DNA from: Mobula hypostoma
Lineage: Eukaryota
DNA: 64,000 bases
Assembly: GCF_963921235.1 (NCBI RefSeq)
Contig: NC_086107.1
Span: 97,280,001-97,344,000, forward strand
Direction of reading: 5' to 3'
Shown: positions 61,801 to 64,000 of the stretch, piece by piece
Layout of the letters: each line of letters starts with the position of its first letter
Position numbering within the stretch: the first letter of the stretch is position 1
Translations under genes and position numbers: made by a program
The notes under the pieces: model-generated
Told to the model about the DNA's origin: nothing
What the model saw: only the letters and a program-made list of their open reading frames with translations
Databases searched by the model: none

Positions 61801-64000
61801 TTACAGGGAGATCGAGGGAGTATGTCAGTATTTACAGGGAGATCGAGGGGATGTGTCAGTATTTACAGGGAGATCGAGGGAGTGTCAGTATTTACAGGGA
61901 GATCGAGGGATTGTGTCAGTATTTACAGGGAGATCGAGGGATTGTGTCAGTATTTACAGGGAGATCGATGGATTGGGTCAGTATTTACAGGAAGATCGAG
62001 GGAGTGTGTCAGTATTTACAGGGAGATCGAGGGAGTGTGTCAGTATTTGCAGAGAGATCGAGGGATTGTGTCAGTATTTACAGGGAGATCGAGGGATTGT
62101 GTCAGTATTTACAGGGAGATCGAGGGAGTGTGTCAGTATTTACAGGGAGATCGAGGGAGTGTGTCAGTATTTACAGGGAGATCAAGGGGGTGTGTCAGTA
62201 TTTACAGGGAGATCGAGGGGATGTGTCAGTATTTACAGGGAGATCGAGAGAGTGTGTCAATATTTACAGGGAGATCGATGGATTGTGTCAGTATTTACAG
62301 GGAGATCGAGGGAGTGTGTCACTATTTACAGGGAGATCGAGGGGGTGTGTCAGTATTTACAGGGAGATCGAGGGGATGTGTCAGTATTTACAGGGAGATC
62401 GAGAGAGTGTGTCAATATTTACAGGGAGATCGAGGGAGTGTGTCAGTATTTACAGGGAGATCGAGGGAATGTGTCAGTATTTACAGGGAGATCGAGGGAG
62501 TGTGTCAGTATTTACAGGGAGATCGAGGGAGTGTGTCAGTATTTACAGGGAGATCGAGGGATTGTGTCAGTATTTACAGGGAGATCGAGGGATTGTGTCA
62601 ATATTTACAGGGAGGTCGAGAGATTGTGTCAGTATTTACAGGGAGATCGAGGAAGTGTGTCATTATTTACAGGGAGATCGAGGGAGTATGTCAGTATTTA
62701 CAGGGAGATCGAGGGGATGTGTCAGTATTTACAGGGAGATCGAGGGAGTGTCAGTATTTACAGGGAGATCGAGGGAGTATGTCAGTATTTACAGAGAGAT
62801 CGAGGGAGTGTGTCAGTATTTACAGGGAGATCGAGGGAGTGTGTCAATATTTACAGGGAGATCGAGGGAGTGTGTCAGTATTTACAGGGAGATCGAGGGA
62901 GTGTGTCAGTATTTACAGGGAGATCGAGGGAGTGTGTCAATATTTACAGGGAGGTCGAGAGATTGTGTCAGTATTTACAGGGAGATCGAGGGAGTGTGTC
63001 AATATTTACAGGGAGATCGAGGGAGTATGTCAGTATTTACAGGGAGATCGAGGGGATGTGTCAGTATTTACAGGGAGATCGAGGGAGTGTCAGTATTTAC
63101 AGGGAGATCGAGGGATTGTGTCAGTATTTACAGGGAGATCGAGGGATTGTGTCAGTATTTACAGGGAGATCGAGGGATTGGGTCAGTATTTACAGGAAGA
63201 TCGAGGGAGTGTGTCAGTATTTACAGGGAGATCGAGGGATTGTGTCAGTATTTACAGGGAGATTGAGGGATTGTGTCAGTATTTACAGGGAGATCGAGGG
63301 AGTGTGTCAGTATTTACAGGGAGATCGAGGGGGTGTGTCAGTATTTACAGGGAGATCGAGGGGATGTGTCAGTATTTACAGGGAGATCGAGGGAGTGTGT
63401 CAGTATTTACAGGGAGATCGAGGGAGTGTGTCAGTATTTACAGGGAGATCGAGGGAGTGTGTCAGTATTTACAGGGAGATCGAGGGATTGTGTCAATATT
63501 TACAGGGAGGTCGAGAGATTGTGTCAGTATTTACAGGGAGATCGAGGGAGTGTGTCAATATTTACAGGGAGATCGAGGGAGTATGTCAGTATTTACAGGG
63601 AGATCGAGGGGATGTGTCAGTATTTACAGGGAGATCGAGGGAGTGTCAGTATTTACAGGGAGATCGAGGGGATGTGTCAGTATTTACAGGGAGATCAAGG
63701 GAGTGTGTCAGTATTTACAGGGAGATCGAGGGATTGTGTCAGTATTTACAGGGAGATCGAGGGATTGTGTCAGTATTTACAGGGAGATCGAGGGATTGTG
63801 TCAGTATTGCAGGGAGATCGAGGGATTGTGTCAGTATTTACAGGGAGATCGAGGGATTGTGTCAGTATTTACAGGGAGATCGAGGGAGTGTGTCAGTATT
63901 TACAGGGAGATCGAGGGGGTGTGTCAGTATTTACAGGGAGATCGAGGGGATGTGTCAGTATTTACAGGGAGATCGAGGGAGTGTGTCAGTATTTACAGAG
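58810..64000. repeat. 31-bp satellite/minisatellite array (>5 kb, continues past the window end)
   Basis: Consensus GTGTCAGTATTTACAGGGAGATCGAGGGAGT; diverged left edge. Confidence 0.98.

Noticed and set aside
59559..63266. 703-aa and 522-aa ORFs
   Set aside because: They are translations of the 31-bp satellite cycling through three frames; no coding evidence.
58998..64000. CRISPR-like array (31-bp periodicity, conserved core)
   Set aside because: No unique spacers, no cas genes, and a vertebrate repeat context.

Overview
Eukaryotic, repeat-dominated DNA with no recognisable intact host gene. The repeat mix suggests a cartilaginous fish, probably a ray or skate; this is inferred from the repeat families and is not proven. 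The window holds many truncated CR1 LINEs, Rex1/Babar-like LINE fragments, RTE and L1/Tx1 fragments and tRNA-derived SINEs. It also holds two solo LTRs with TSDs, small Tc1/mariner relics, Penelope-like elements (PLEs) whose terminal repeats carry minimal hammerhead-ribozyme motifs, several minisatellites and a >5 kb 31-bp satellite running off the right end. Long ORFs in the track are retroelement remnants or tandem-repeat artefacts. The strongest unusual signal is at 811-2591. A Rex1 copy sits antisense inside a CR1, and about 480 bp of it shows dense T>C change with an ADAR-type neighbour bias. This looks like an A-to-I hyper-edited chimeric RNA that was reverse-transcribed into the genome. 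Other notable items are a TSD-flanked PLE with inverted hammerhead-bearing arms, recurrent fold-back PLE terminal hairpins, two distinct hammerhead families, and several repeat-free islands with enhancer-like motif clusters. Family names come from motif recognition only, with no database search, and many boundaries are approximate.
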